NCBI GenBank assembly: GCA_964016885.1
Contig: OZ024742.1
Coordinates: forward strand, 119,412,001-119,476,000
Source of the DNA: Eledone cirrhosa
Lineage: Eukaryota
Direction of reading: 5' to 3'
Length of the DNA stretch: 64,000 nucleotides
In this document: piece by piece, positions 13,229 through 27,304 of the stretch
Layout: every line of letters begins with the position of its first letter
How positions within the stretch are numbered: position 1 is the first letter of the stretch
Notes under the pieces: generated by a model
Seen by the model: the letters and a program-made list of their open reading frames with translations, nothing else
Database searches by the model: none
What the model was told of the DNA's origin: nothing
Made by a program: the position numbers and the translations under genes

Positions 13229-13390
13229 TAACGAAGGAAAGGTGGTAAGGAACCAGGTGGACCATAACGCACCAAAGTACTCAATACTTAGGGTAGTAGA
13301 GTGGGTAATAGGAACAAGTAAGACCCCGACGGCTGAGCTCAAGCCGTTTTGACGGCTAATTCTTGTCGGGGTCTTACTTGTTCCTATTAC
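13229..13390. mobile_element. Mini fold-back of the Penelope-like 3' tail (family of 22038-24895)
   Basis: AACGAAGGAA..ATAGGAAC..GACCCCGACGGCTGAGCTCAAGCCGTTT then an inverted GTCGGGGTC..GTTCCTA, embedded in (TA)n. Confidence 0.8.
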
Positions 13391-13412
13391 AGTATATATA
13401 TATATATATATG

Positions 13413-13491
<79 letters not shown>

Positions 13492-13705
13492 GTATACATA
13501 TATATATATATATATGTGTGTGTGTGTTTGTGTGTATATATATATATACACGCACGCATATACACACTCATAACATATACATATATCTATGCATATCTAT
13601 GCATGTGTATGTATGTGTGTGCGCATGCATGTTAAATACACCACTGTCTAGTTATATCGTTTTTCTCAACATTTTTCCCATATTTTCGTATGAATTCCAA
13701 GTATT

Positions 13706-13885
13706 GGATTGGCAGTATCGGTAGAGGGTCGGACGCCATGCTTTCCAGCATAGTTACGTCCCTTTACGATCTGAGTTCAAATCCCGCCGAGGTTGACTTT
13801 GCCTTTCATCCTTACGGGGTCGATAAAATAAAGTACCAGTAATGCACTGGGTAATTACTGGCCTTGTGCCTAAAGTAGAAACAAT
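13706..13885 (+). mobile_element. tRNA-derived SINE
   Basis: Near-identical to 1238-1420. Confidence 0.9.
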
Positions 13886-13949
13886 TATTTGATTTTCTAG
13901 AAAAAGTAGTTTCATGTAAGAAATGAAATCATTTTCCACTAGGTTTATA

Positions 13950-14560
13950 TCAGTCTGGTGTCTAGGTCATGTTGTATCAGTATGTGATGCATGTTCGATG
14001 CACCTTTGGAATACTTCATCTGAAATATTACTCAACGCCGACGTCGCAGTCCACGTGATGTTTCTATCGTCTTTCAAAGCGGGAGCCTTTCAGTAGCATC
14101 TTCATTTTAGGGAACAAGTCAAAAGTCAGAAGGAGCTATTTCTATAGAGAAGGGAATTCGCCGAATGAGTGAGATACGTTTCTTTGGTAAGAAACCTTGG
14201 CTGAGCTGTGATGAATGAACTGGAACATTGTTATGACGTAGCTGCCATATTTGCGAGGCCCTCAGGTCTTGTCTCTTGCACCGAACTCCATCATGAAGAC
14301 ATCGGAAGATTTCTTGATAACTCCCTGTAACTGTTTGTTCCTCTGGCGTGTAATTATGATTCTAGAAGAAAGCAGTTAGTAACACCTTGATTTTGCTCCA
14401 CCCCTGATGTGCTTTTGGGGTTATTGGCGATATTGGATGCTTCTACTGTAGTGATGGAGTTTTGGTTTGCAGATCATATGCGTACACCAACGTCTCATCT
14501 CCAGTTATCACGGTATTCAGGAACTGACGGTCGTTGTTGGCAGTGTCGAGCTGGCTGTCT
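13950..14560 (-). mobile_element. Mariner transposase relic
   Basis: Minus-strand decayed motifs LRHNNVP (LHxDNAP) and APSDF*LFPKMK. Confidence 0.6.
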
Positions 14561-15753
14561 GACAGTCACTGATGCATTAAAAAACCATACATGCACGTGA
14601 ATGTATGTCTTCACTTTGCATACCTTTGATACTCTAATGCCACTGCGGAGAAAACGTCGGATACTTTTTCGACGAACCTTAAATATATAGAAATCCAAAT
14701 AGATAAATTCAAACGCATAATAAAAAAAACAAAAACAAATGGAAACGTTTCTTCTTCTTCTTCTTCTTCTTCTTCTTCTTCTTCTTCTTCTTCTTCTTCT
14801 TCTTCTTCTTCTTCTTCAAAACAAATGAGAGCACCCTCCCATCGAAATGGAAAATATAAAAATAACTAATGTTTAAAAACTATACTAATAACTTCCAGAA
14901 TGTCTTAAATAAGCATTTATCACTCTTCAAAAAATTCACATACAAACCAACAAAATATAGAAAATTATATGGGCTAGACAGAAACACACCTAAACACTCA
15001 TTATCAAACTAGACCCATTATTATGACTAGAAAACCCAGACCGACACTAATGACGGCCATAACGTTGAACGTATTTGAGGTCAAGATTTGTATGTCATAC
15101 ATACCAGGATTACAGGCTATATGAACAATCATACAAATTGGGAAATTTACATATAAATTAAAAAATGGCTTGCATAAGATAAACCCTATAGTTTATTTAT
15201 AGATATAGGATGCCCAAGCGCAGAAAATAGCTGCCATTATAGTCAGTTGCTATAAAATAGCTTATAAATCTGGTAAAGACCCATAAAGACAGAAAAAGAT
15301 ATTGTCAGTGGCCGCTATCTTTTTCCGTATCTAAGGGTCTGATTTTTATAAGCTATTTTATAGCAATTGATTGTAATTGCAGTTATTTTCTGCGTTTTAG
15401 TATCCTATATCTTCTATGAATGTATTTCCTTAGCGTTTAATAAGTTCGAATGTTTGAGCTTCACACGATGTTTGTTTACCCATAATTTATGTTGATTACT
15501 GATATATGGAGGTGATTAAAGATAAGAATGATATTTTGATAATATATTTCTATGATATAATGACATAAATGTTCAGCATATATATACAAATGATATACAA
15601 TATTAACTGCATGAGTAACTTTGGAAAAATAACTATTTAAGAGACAAATGTAGGGTTACCACCCAAATCTTTGTGATTAGAGAGCTTACTTCTTGTAGCA
15701 ACATACCAGATAGCAAATGCATTGCGTATATGTTTGTTATACGTTATAGTTAC

Positions 15754-15823
<70 letters not shown>

Positions 15824-15879
15824 GTGTATATATATATATATAAAATCAAGGTTAATTGCGGTGGGGCGTGTGGGGGCAT

Positions 15880-16750
15880 ATTGTCTATATGCTTCAGCTT
15901 GTACCCATGGGAGGTCGGGTACTCTGTATTACTGCGTGACGCCAGAAGTCACGGTCGTGTGTCGTTGTCTTTGAGAGGTGTAATTGGGTAAGGTCGGCTT
16001 TTATCACCTCATCTCAGGTCATCTTGGGTCTCCCCACTCCGCGGTTTCCATCAACTTCTAGTGCTCTGCACCTTTTTATGCAGCTGTCATCCTTCATACG
16101 CATCACATGTCCATACCAGCGCAACCGCCTCTCCTGCACACAGCATTTGATTCCTCTTATGCTCAGTCTCTCTCTCAATTCATTTATGCTTTGTCGTTCA
16201 CGTATATTACTGTTACACATCCATCGGAGCATGCAGGCTTCGTTTCTCTCTAATCTACGTAAGTCTTCCACCTTCAGCGCCCAGGTCTCACTACCATGCA
16301 ACATCGCTGTTCGGATACACGCATCATACAGTCTGCCTTTCATTCTGAGGGAGAAGCCTTTTGCAGCTAGCAGAGGTAGTAGTTCCCTAAACTTCTTCCA
16401 TCCCGTTCTTACCCTAGTTATTGTACTTTCTGAGCACCCACCTCCGCTGCTAATTCGGTCACCTAGGTAGCAGAAGCTGTCTACTGTTTCTACAGGGCCC
16501 TCCCAGAGATTGGTGGTACTTGTTTCCTGTGGCTGTTTGCTGCTTGCTGTCTCAGCACAGCTGCTGCATGTGAATCCTACATTCTTAATTAAGCTTCCTG
16601 AGATCCCGCTACATCTCTTGTGTACCCATTGTTTGCATTTGGGGCAGAGAATGGAGTTCCTACCTACACCTTTCCTACATACTGAGCAAGGCCATTTCCC
16701 TGAGGGGATCTGGGTTCTGTTTTCTCGTCTACTTACAAGGACCTTAGTAT
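15880..16750 (-). mobile_element. RTE-clade LINE 3' fragment
   Basis: FCYLGDRI..G..SE..TRVRTGWKKFREL, LHGSETW and ERRLRWYGHVMRM motifs; upstream Cys-rich finger. Confidence 0.9.
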
Positions 16751-18380
16751 ACATATAATAAATAATAAATACAATTATTGTTAATAATGTTATAATTGAA
16801 GTTTTACATCAAGTTAAGTGGAAAAAGTTTGTCGACTAGGATCGTGTGCGACACATATACCATAAATATATAAATCAAACAACTTGAATCTTAAAACCAA
16901 CATACTCCAAAAGAATAAATAAATGAATAGTTTACGGTTCCTTGTAACTGTTAACCATATAAGCTATATATTTTTAAAACATACAAAAATCCCGACCAAA
17001 TTAAATGTACTTACACAATCAAATGATATGCATATTCATCAAGAGATCATGTTAACAGTCTATATGTCTATATATTTATATAGAACCCTTAATCTAACAT
17101 TAATCCTATCGTAAAATGAATAAAAATTATTATAAGGTTTTATAATCTGTTATAACCTTTTACGCACTCAGTTGATAAGAAACGTCAAAAATTAGAAATT
17201 ATTTAAAATTTATTTATTCAGTGTTTTTTCCTGACGTTTTGCGAGGCTTATTATTATTTTTAATGTAATTAAATTTGGGTTACCTTCGGGTTGATGAAAA
17301 TCTTAAGTCTTCTATTTCTCATGTTTGCAGACACTTTAAATATGATATTATGCTATAATATAGATCCTTAAAAATTTTCTTGTATTTTTAAATTATATAG
17401 CTTAGATATTTGGCACTTATAGGATCGCAAACCATTTATTTATTTATTTTGAATCTGGTTCTTATCTTTTATGATTCATGAAGTTTGATTTGTATATTTA
17501 TAGTATATATGTATTACATGATCCTAATATAATAATTGATGTAAAACCTTAATTTTAACAATATTAACAGTAACTTATTTATTATATTATATATTACTGA
17601 CTAATATCGTCTTAAACTTTAAACAATATACTCTTTGTATAAATTTAGACAAATACGTATATCTAGTTTAATAATACCCTTTTTAAGTATAATTATAAGG
17701 CCTTTGGATACTTTAGGGCATTCTAATTGTTAATTTAAAATTTTTAAAGTTATAATTGTAATTACTTTCTAAATTATATAATGATTATTATTTTTTAGTA
17801 TAAAATCTCTTTAATATAAAAAAAACTCGAAATTAAACCCTCATATAATTACACCAAGATATATTTAATATTTAGATTGATTGATTATTTCTAGATAATT
17901 CAAAGAGTCGAAATTATTCTTCCACAAAACTATGCTCAAATGTATATTTATGTATTTATATATATATATATTTTTGCATCATCTAATTATACGCTATTAA
18001 TCCACGACAATACAAATCTCCCTCCCTATGCTTTATGCTATAAAAATTATTATTCTTCCTTGTCTCTCTATCCTTAATCAATTCTCTTTTGCTTTCGTGC
18101 ATAAGATATTTCTATACTTCTAGTAACTATCTTTTCCTCATTTGTTTCTCCCTCTGTCTTTCTTCTTTCTTCAATAATTTAAATTATTTGAATCTCTAAC
18201 AGTTATGTAAATTGCTATTATGTATTTTTATAAGCTTTCTCACACGCACCCTCTGTATTATATGTAATTTTTTCATGCCTCAATCTTAAGGTATATAAAT
18301 ATTGAGTTTTGTCATATCTTATACACTACCATGACTGAATCTTAACCATCTACTAAGTGAGGGTATGTCATGCATCATCT

Positions 18381-18447
18381 TATTTTATCTGATGAGGACG
18401 TACTGTTGAAGATAGCTCAGTACCTCTGAAATATGTATAATAAAATA
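18381..18447 (+). ncRNA. Type I hammerhead ribozyme motif (C.C class)
   Basis: UAUUUUAU-CUGAUGA-GGAcGUACUG..CAGUACcUCU-GAAA-UAUGUA-UA|AUAAAAUA. Confidence 0.82.
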
Positions 18448-18495
18448 TACTTGATCACACGAATGTTTATTTTTGTTAATATTTTGAATTAATAT

Positions 18496-18539
<44 letters not shown>

Positions 18540-18602
18540 TCTACTGTCATACCAAGGGCAATATATCTGCGTGTCTGGGCACATTGATATATTTGTCAAC
18601 GA

Positions 18603-18643
<41 letters not shown>

Positions 18644-18802
18644 TAGATAGATAGATAAATAAATATATTGAAAGAGATAGAGATAGAGAGAGAGAGAACA
18701 AATTTTGTTTTATATATACATATATATACATTTATATATATATATATATATATATATTTATTTATATATATACATATATATACATATACATATATATATA
18801 TA

Positions 18803-18842
<40 letters not shown>

Positions 18843-19149
18843 TGTTTGTCTAATTTTAGATCTCTAACTATTTATACCTAGTTTATTTTAGGTGGAGTTA
18901 ATGAGCTTGTGTCTTCGATTGGATATAAAGTTAATACTATGTAGGGTTTCTGAGGAATGGGTGGTCTATAAAATCTTTCTATAATTGTGTTGTTAAAGTG
19001 TCCTTCCATCGTCGATTGCATCATTACATTGTATGTATATGGTTTTGTTTTATGTGTGTTTTTGTTATATTGTAAACCATAATAATCCGCTGAGTGTGTT
19101 TGTTTATATATATATAAACAATTAATATATATATATATATATGTTTGTT

Positions 19150-19256
<107 letters not shown>

Positions 19257-19339
19257 TATATATATATATATATATATATATAAATGAAAAAATTACGAGA
19301 GAGAATACAGACTGTTAGAACATGTTTATACAATAAGCA

Positions 19340-19775
<436 letters not shown>

Positions 19776-20387
19776 TTGTTTATATATATATAAACACACA
19801 CACTCAGCGGATTATTATGGTTTACAATATAACAAAAACATACATAAAACAAAACCATATACATACAATGTAATGATGCAATCGACGATGGAAGTTACAC
19901 TTTAACAACACAATTATAGAAAGATTTTATAGACCACCCATTCCTCAGAAACCCTACATAGTATTAACTTTATATCCAATCGAAGACACAAACTCATTAA
20001 CTCCACCTAAAACAAACTAGGTATAAATAGTTAGAGATCTAAAATTAGACAAACAAGAAACTATTACAATGAAACTGTTTAGTTGTTTAACAACATTGAA
20101 AATAAATACATCAACTGCACTGACTATATGGAGGTGATTAAAGATAAGAATGATATTTTGATAATATATTTCTATGATATAATTACATAAATGTTCAGCA
20201 TATAATTACATAAATGTTCATACAAATGATATACAATATTAACTGCATGAGTAACTTTGGAAAAATAACTATTTAAGGGACAAATGTAGGGTTACCACCC
20301 AAATCTTTGTGATTAGAGAGCTTACTTCTTGTAGCAACATACCAGATAGGAAATGCATTGTGTACGTTATAAAGAGTTACACATACA

Positions 20388-20503
<116 letters not shown>

Positions 20504-20600
20504 CAGAAAGAGAGAGAGATAAACAAATAGATAGATTGAAAGAGAGAGAGAGAGAAAACAAATTGTTTTATATATATATATTTGTACATATATATACATT

Positions 20601-20634
<34 letters not shown>

Positions 20635-20855
20635 GATAACAAAATATTCTTATAGGTAATCCAGTTAGAGGTTGTGAATACTTCGTATTATGGATAGTTT
20701 TATCGTACGGTGTTGTTTGACTCAACAAGGGGTTTACGTAGGTGGCGAGTTTATGAGTTCCCTTGCATTCCTATGTAAGTTTATCTTGGAGTAAAAATAT
20801 TGAAAGAGTGAAGAATAACATGGTCAACAGTACAAAAAAAGGGTTTTATTTACAG

Positions 20856-20959
20856 TCTAACAATTGTTTCACTGATTAAGTTGTCTAAAAATTGCTGAAC
20901 ACTTGAAACTGTGCCACTCAATTTTAAATACGATGTTAGCTTAACCAGATCATCTGAGA
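20856..20959 (-). ncRNA. Hammerhead-like motif with CAGAUGA core
   Basis: UCU-CAGAUGA-U-CUGGUUAAG-(long loop)-CUUAAUCAG-U-GAAA-CAAUUG-UU|AGA, followed by AAUAAA. Confidence 0.6.
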
Positions 20960-21042
20960 AATTATTAAAATATGTTCACGAATTCAAATTACAGCATCAT
21001 TAATAATAATGATAGAGGGAGAAAAAAGAAAGAGAGAGAGAG

Positions 21043-21230
21043 AGATGGAAAGCATATCATTACGATAAAGGACATAATATTAATGATAGAAATGATGGGT
21101 TTACCAGTGAAAAATATGGGTTCAAATCCTTTAAAAATCCACCGAACAATCCACAACTTGATGCCTTTGAACTTGACCTCATGAACAGGATAAAAGAAAC
21201 CAAATTCAAAAAACGAACGCATCACAAGCT
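21043..21230 (+). mobile_element. Penelope-like ORF N-terminal fragment (not in the ORF track)
   Basis: RWKAYHYD..EKYGFKSFKNPPNNPQLDAFELDLMNRIKETKFKKR aligns to RWRAFYFD..DKFGFKTYNNSPCNPALLPFENDVLELIRSIKFRNR of ORF 34371. Confidence 0.8.
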
Positions 21231-21240
21231 GCTTTCTCTC

Positions 21241-21346
<106 letters not shown>

Positions 21347-21987
21347 TATGGTCGTTTTGGAAGCCTCAACAATGCAGATGGGTAAATCTCCGGGTAACAG
21401 AATCCGGTGGTGTAGAGAGAGATGTAAGAGGAAATGTAGAATGAGATGTATAGTGTGTAGAGGAACGTAGGAAAGAGCGCAAAAAAATAAAAATGATAAT
21501 ACGAGATAGAGTTACCTTGGGAGAAATTGAATTTCCCTATATTTAGGATTCGCATCCATCAACTGGGGGGGGGGGGGGTTATCTGTCGGAAAGGAACGGT
21601 ACGAGGCTTCTGTTTTCCGCAGTTTGTGTGTAACTAAGATACACACAAACCGCGGACAACAGAGGCCACGTACCGTTCCTCTCCGACAGATAACTTATCC
21701 CCCGGAAAACACCCCCACTTGATGGATGCGAATCCGAAATATAGGGACAATTAAATCTCTCCCAAGGTAACTTTATCTCGTATTATTATTTTTATTTTTT
21801 TGCGCTCTTTCCTACGTTCCTCAACACACTATACATCTCATTCTATATTTCCTCTTACATCTCTCTCTACACCACCGGATTCTGTTACCCGGAGATTTAC
21901 GCATCTGCATTGTTGAGGCTTCCAAAACGTCCAAAAAAAACCAAACATTTATTATTCCACAATGCTTCAAGCAAACTTCAATACTTT

Positions 21988-22037
<50 letters not shown>

Positions 22038-22041
<4 letters not shown>

Positions 22042-24895
22042 AACGAGTAGGACCCCGACGGCTGAGCTCAAGCCGTTTCGACGGCTAATTCTGAACTAAA
22101 TGAACATTTTTATCCTGGTATTTGAATAGCCGAGCTTCTCAGGGGGTAATTCCATATATGGTAAAAGTGATTGTCACAAGGATTGGTCAAAAGTTTGTTG
22201 TTGAGACATAATAATTCTATCATGGCAATTTGTGGAGGGAAGGGGTAGCTGAACCTGCCAGTAGAAGAAAGAGGGAGAGGGGGTGGAAGAAACCCAGTCG
22301 TGCGTTGATAGTGCCAACTACGGCTGGGCAGGAGGTCAAAGAAGATACTAGGGGAGAGGGGGAGGAAGTCGAAACAATAAGTAAAACAATATGGGGTAAA
22401 TATATAGAAAAATACCGGGAGTGTTAAAAAACAATTAAGTGTAAAGAAAAAAACAATTTCTGGTTACTATAACCTAAGGACAGCTATCAAGTCTCTCACT
22501 GGTACTGCTAGACTAAAGAAAGGTTTACTAGGTGGTACGGAATTATAATGAGACCCTTTTAAGGGGTATAAGTAAACAACCGAATATATCTTACGGTGAC
22601 GGGTCAACATGTGGGGGGCCAAAATACTAAAGAAACTACCACGAAATAATAAATCAGAGTCCCGAGACCAGTACGAAATTAAGGTTTCTACCCCAGGCAC
22701 AAGGCCAGCAACCACCCAGGGCAAAAAAAAAAAAACTAATACGAAATAATAATTCAGAATCCCGAAAAAGAATACTAATACTATCTCTAAGGGTGCCGCC
22801 ACGCTACAGAAATTCTAGTGCAAACTACATAAATGCTCGTACGAAGTATATATAAAATTTGATACGGAAAATTATTTCAGAATCCCCCCCCCCCCCCAAA
22901 AAAAAAAATAAATACTGATATACGAGAAATTAAAGCAAAGATACCACTAAGAAATATAGAAACCACGGAAAAGGTGCGGCCATCGGATAAGAAGGCTAGT
23001 ATCCGGGTCTAACACATCTGCTATAAAAAGCGGAGTCGGCCAAATCTATCATAGAGGCTACAAGGGACCGAGGGGCTGCCTCGGGTGGGCGAGAAAGTAA
23101 AAGGACGACGAGAAAGAAAGAGGACTGGGGTGGAAGGACTAGGGAGGGATCCGGGTAAGAAGGAAATATAGAGGAAGTGATAAAAAGATATAGAAGAAGA
23201 TATTAGGTCTACCTTTGCAAGCAGAGGTTACCCGTTATAAAATCGGCAAGTGGGGTGTTATAGCCCTAGTCTACCCCCCCCCCCCCCCCCCGGTCATTAT
23301 GGGGTTTGAGGGCGAGGTAAGTCCTACGCAATCGGTGTTTACATGCAGTTACCAGTTCATCTTTCTTGTTTAGGAGTTGGTCCGTCGAGAACAGCATTTG
23401 TAAAGTTTCCTCCAAGCATAAATTGCACGGACGGCGTCCTCCCGTGTAAGAGTTGGCTCTGGACAGTAAGCTCCAAGTGAGATCATAGGTAATATTGTTA
23501 TCCTTGAGGTCCCATATGTGGCCCGAAAGTGTAGTGGCGTGACGCCGGGCCGGGTTTCGGAAGGTATGTCTGTGTTGGTATAGCCGGGTCTTGAAGTCAC
23601 ATACGGTTAATCCTATATAGGCTTTGTTGGAGGTGTCCGTCCTCACGTTGCACTGGTAGATCACATTACGATCTCTACATCTGTTGTCGAGGGGGCAAAT
23701 CGATCCATCAGAACAGTTGCACCTCTTGGTCGGCTCTCCACTGCTATTTCGGTACTTTCTTTCATGGGGGTTGAGTTTTTTGTTGTTAGAGGAGACGATG
23801 TTTTGTGTAAAGTTCGGTGTGGTGCTGTAGGAGAGTTTGATGGTATTTTTGTTAATTATGTTGTGGTAGCGCTGTTGTAGTAGAAAGTGTTTTTCAATGA
23901 GCCTAAAGAAGATTTTCCCGATAGGAGTTGTCACCTCGGCGTTGTGGGGAGGATTGAACCATGTTAAGTTGCGTGAGCGGCGGTGTCGCCTGCTTGTTCC
24001 GCTAATGGAAGCTGGACAGTAGGATAGTTCCTCCCGGAAACCACTCCGTTTGAAGGCCTGGTTGTAGTAAGGCGCATGTTCCTCGAATATCTGCTCATTA
24101 GCTGACAAACGAGATATGCGGAGGGAGATGTTTTTAATCAGGTTATTGGTGATGTTCCTAGGAAGGTTTGACCGGCGGTGGATGTACTGCAGGTTGTCGT
24201 TAGGTTTCCTGTATGGGTAGTACAGATCATTATCGAGGTCAAGGGTAACATCCAGGAAGTTACCTCGGGTCAGGTACGTTTGTAGGCCACTACACTTTCG
24301 GGCCACATATGGGACCTCAAGGATAACAATATTACCTATGATCTCACTTGGAGCTTACTGTCCAGAGCCAACTCTTACACGGGAGGACGCCGTCCGTGCA
24401 ATTTATGCTCGGAGGAAACTTTACAAATTCTGTTCTCGACGGACCAACTCCTAAACAAGAAAGATGAACTGGTAACTGCATGTAAACACCGATTGCGTAG
24501 GACTTACCTCGCCCTCAAACCCCATAATGACCCGGGGGGGGGGGTAGACAAGGGCTATAACACCCCACTTGCCGAATTTGTATCGGGTAACCCCTGCTTG
24601 CAAAGGTAGACCTAATATCTTCTTCTATATCTTTTTATCACTTCCTCTATATTTCCTTCTTCCCCCATCCCTCCCTAGTCCTTCCACCCCAGTCCTCTTT
24701 CTTTCTCCTCGTCCTTTTACTTTCTCGCCTACCCGAGGCAGCCCCTCGGTCCCTTGTAGCCTCAGTACCAACCCTCCTTCCCCTAATCTATGATAGATTT
24801 GGCCGACTCCGCTTTTTATAGCAGATGTGTTAGACCCCGGATACTAGCCTTCTTATCCGATGGCCGCACCTTTTCCGTGCTTTCTATATTTCTTA
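22038..24895 (-). mobile_element. Penelope-like retroelement, 5'-truncated, with inverted duplication
   Basis: ORF 23266-24306: RT thumb (FLDVTLDL, YRKP), WFNPP, CNC..CP...C, GIY-YIG (VIYQC..AYIGLT); 24286-24895 is an inverted copy of 22948-23538; hammerhead at the 3' end next to (TA)n. Confidence 0.92.
22052..22147 (-). ncRNA. Hammerhead motif at the 3' end of a Penelope-like element
   Basis: ACCCC-CUGAGAA-G(CU)CGGCUA-(long loop)-UAGCCG(U)C-GAAA-CGGCU-UGAGCUC-AGCCG-UC|GGGGU. Confidence 0.78.
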
Positions 24896-24922
24896 TATTT
24901 CTATATTTCTAAAATAGAAACA

Positions 24923-24951
<29 letters not shown>

Positions 24952-24953
<2 letters not shown>

Positions 24954-26154
24954 TTTGAGTCTCACTCATTGATGTTAGTTAACTGGAAAGTTTGTTGAAA
25001 TGAATATCAAGCCACTATCTGCAGCCTCAGATATTCAGGACGTATCGGAGGGTACTTGCTGTTCCCAGCAAGCATGCCTTTTGAAGCGTTCCAAAAAGCG
25101 TGAAGGGGCCAATTTTCTTAAACCATCCCTGGAAACTTTTTGAGATAGTCCCTAGTGCGCCTATGACAATCGGGATCACTTTGACTTCATGGCAGTTCCA
25201 AATCCTTTTTACCTCCCACTTTAAGTCCTGGTATCGGTTAATTTTCTCCCTCTCCTTCTCTTGCACTCTCGTGTCGAATGGGCAGGCCACATCCACAATC
25301 AGGCACGATCTTTTTTCTTTGTCCACAACCATCAAGTCAGGTCTATTGTGTTCCAGTTTCTTGTCCGTCTGTATCCTAAAATCCCACAGCACCTTCACCT
25401 GATCGTTTTCTATCACCGACTCTGGCTTATGCTCATACCACTTCTCAGAATGTGGTAAATTATTTACTTTGCATAGGTGCCAGTGGACCACCCTGCCCAT
25501 CACATCATGTCTCCAGCCCTTATAGTGAGTCTGGGCTAGGTGTTTACACTCGGATACAATGTGAGCCACAGTCTCCCCTCTCTCTCCACAGATCCTGCAC
25601 AGTGGGCTAGCCTCCTCCTTGTAAATATGGTGTTTCAACCACTTCGTTTTGAGGGCCTGCTCCTGCGCAGCCATTAACATTCCTTCTGTAGCCTTTTAAG
25701 GTCTCCTCTTTTCAACCAGTTCCATGTCTGTGGATCTCTAAATTCAGTTTTCTCAAAGAAGGTACCATGAAGGGATTTTTCCTGAAGGCTGCTCTTTCTC
25801 CTTGATGTTATTTCCTCATTGGACATCCCCTGGCCTATTGTCCCCTCCTTCAGTACAGTTCTGAGCATTGGCTCCTTACTATCAGTCACGTATTTGTGTA
25901 GGTTGTTTTTCTCCATCTGAACACAGTCCTCTATGCTGATAAGACCTCTTCCACCTTCAGATCTCCTTAAGTAGAGTCTATCGACATCACTCCTCTTGTG
26001 GAACATGTTGTAGATAGTCAATAGCTTCCTAGTCTTCCTATCCATTTCTTTTTGTTCAGCAACATTCCATCTCAGAATTCCCGCACTGTACCTAATAATA
26101 GACACAGCTCGGGAATTTACTGCACTTATGGCATTCCTACTGTTCAGATGTGAC

Positions 26155-26158
<4 letters not shown>
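24952..26158 (-). mobile_element. R4/Dong-type non-LTR retrotransposon 3' part
   Basis: CCHC (CRICGERGETVAHIVSEC), RHD and PD..D..P..EK..RY restriction-like endonuclease; frameshift near 25680; both ends in (ATT)n. Confidence 0.9.
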
Positions 26159-26187
<29 letters not shown>

Positions 26188-26328
26188 CGCCATGCTTTGC
26201 AACAAAGAGTTACGGCCCTTTATGGTCTGAGTTCAAATCCCGCCGAGGTTAACTTTGCTCTACGAGGTCGATAAAATAAAGTACCAGTAATGTACTGGGA
26301 TAATTGCCGGCCTTGTGCCAAAAGTAAA

Positions 26329-26400
<72 letters not shown>

Positions 26401-26401
<1 letters not shown>

Positions 26402-26864
26402 CAAATAGACCTGATATAATATTGAAGGACTTTCAAAGGAGGGTATGCCTGCTAATTGATATGTCTGTTCCAATAGACAAGAATGTATCTATAAAAACAT
26501 TTGAAAAATTGAGCAAGTATAAGGACCTGGAGATAGAAATTGGAAAAATGTGGAAATTGAGAACTAAAACAATACCAGTGGTTGTAGGTGCTCTAGGAAT
26601 GATACCTAAGGGGTCTAATGATTACTTATCGCAAATCCCAGGAAACCCACGTATAGGAGAAATACAAAAGATAGTACTAATGGGAACTGCCCATATACTA
26701 AGGAAGATTCTGTCAATATAAGTACATCACAAGTCTAAACACTAAAGATGCATGTGTGAGTATGTATGTTCTTTTTTGAACATGGCGGACCTTGTTGTCT
26801 CTTGAGGTCACTGGTTGTGACTTGGTGATAACTCGTATGAACATAAAGCAAGATAAATGCAGCT

Positions 26865-26867
<3 letters not shown>
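26401..26867 (+). mobile_element. Second R4/Dong-type 3' fragment
   Basis: NRPDII..LIDMSVP..EKLSKYKDL..IPVVVGALG; flanked by (AAT)n on both sides. Confidence 0.88.
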
Positions 26868-26915
<48 letters not shown>

Positions 26916-26973
26916 CACTAAAAAGAACAGAAACATTTGTCAATTGATAAAAAGGACGAACAATAGTATAGCA

Positions 26974-27304
26974 CAGAGGTTCTCAAACCTTTGGGGCCAC
27001 CGCCCCACTCATAGTCACGTATTACCCTCAGCGCCCCACCCCTATTTCCAGAGAGATCTGCCTACATGCAAATTGTAAATAATATATAATAAATAAAATC
27101 GTTAATTTATATACAATAAATAATATAATATATACTATATATAAATAAATATTATATATTTTTTATTTTACTATATTTATATATAATATGTATCAATTGA
27201 TATTTAATATACTATTATATCATCTCTACCCCCCAGCGCGCCTGGACCTTCTTAACGCCCCCCCCCCCCCCCGGGATTGGTAGATCCCACTTTGAGAACC
27301 TCTG
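26974..27304. mobile_element. hAT (Charlie-like) MITE
   Basis: TIRs CAGAGGTTCTCAAA / TTTGAGAACCTCTG; exact 8-bp TSD GTATAGCA at 26966-26973 and 27305-27312. Confidence 0.92.

Noticed and set aside
26290-26721. Poly-Asn protein gene
   Set aside because: Chance fusion of a SINE tail, (AAT)n and a Dong endonuclease fragment.
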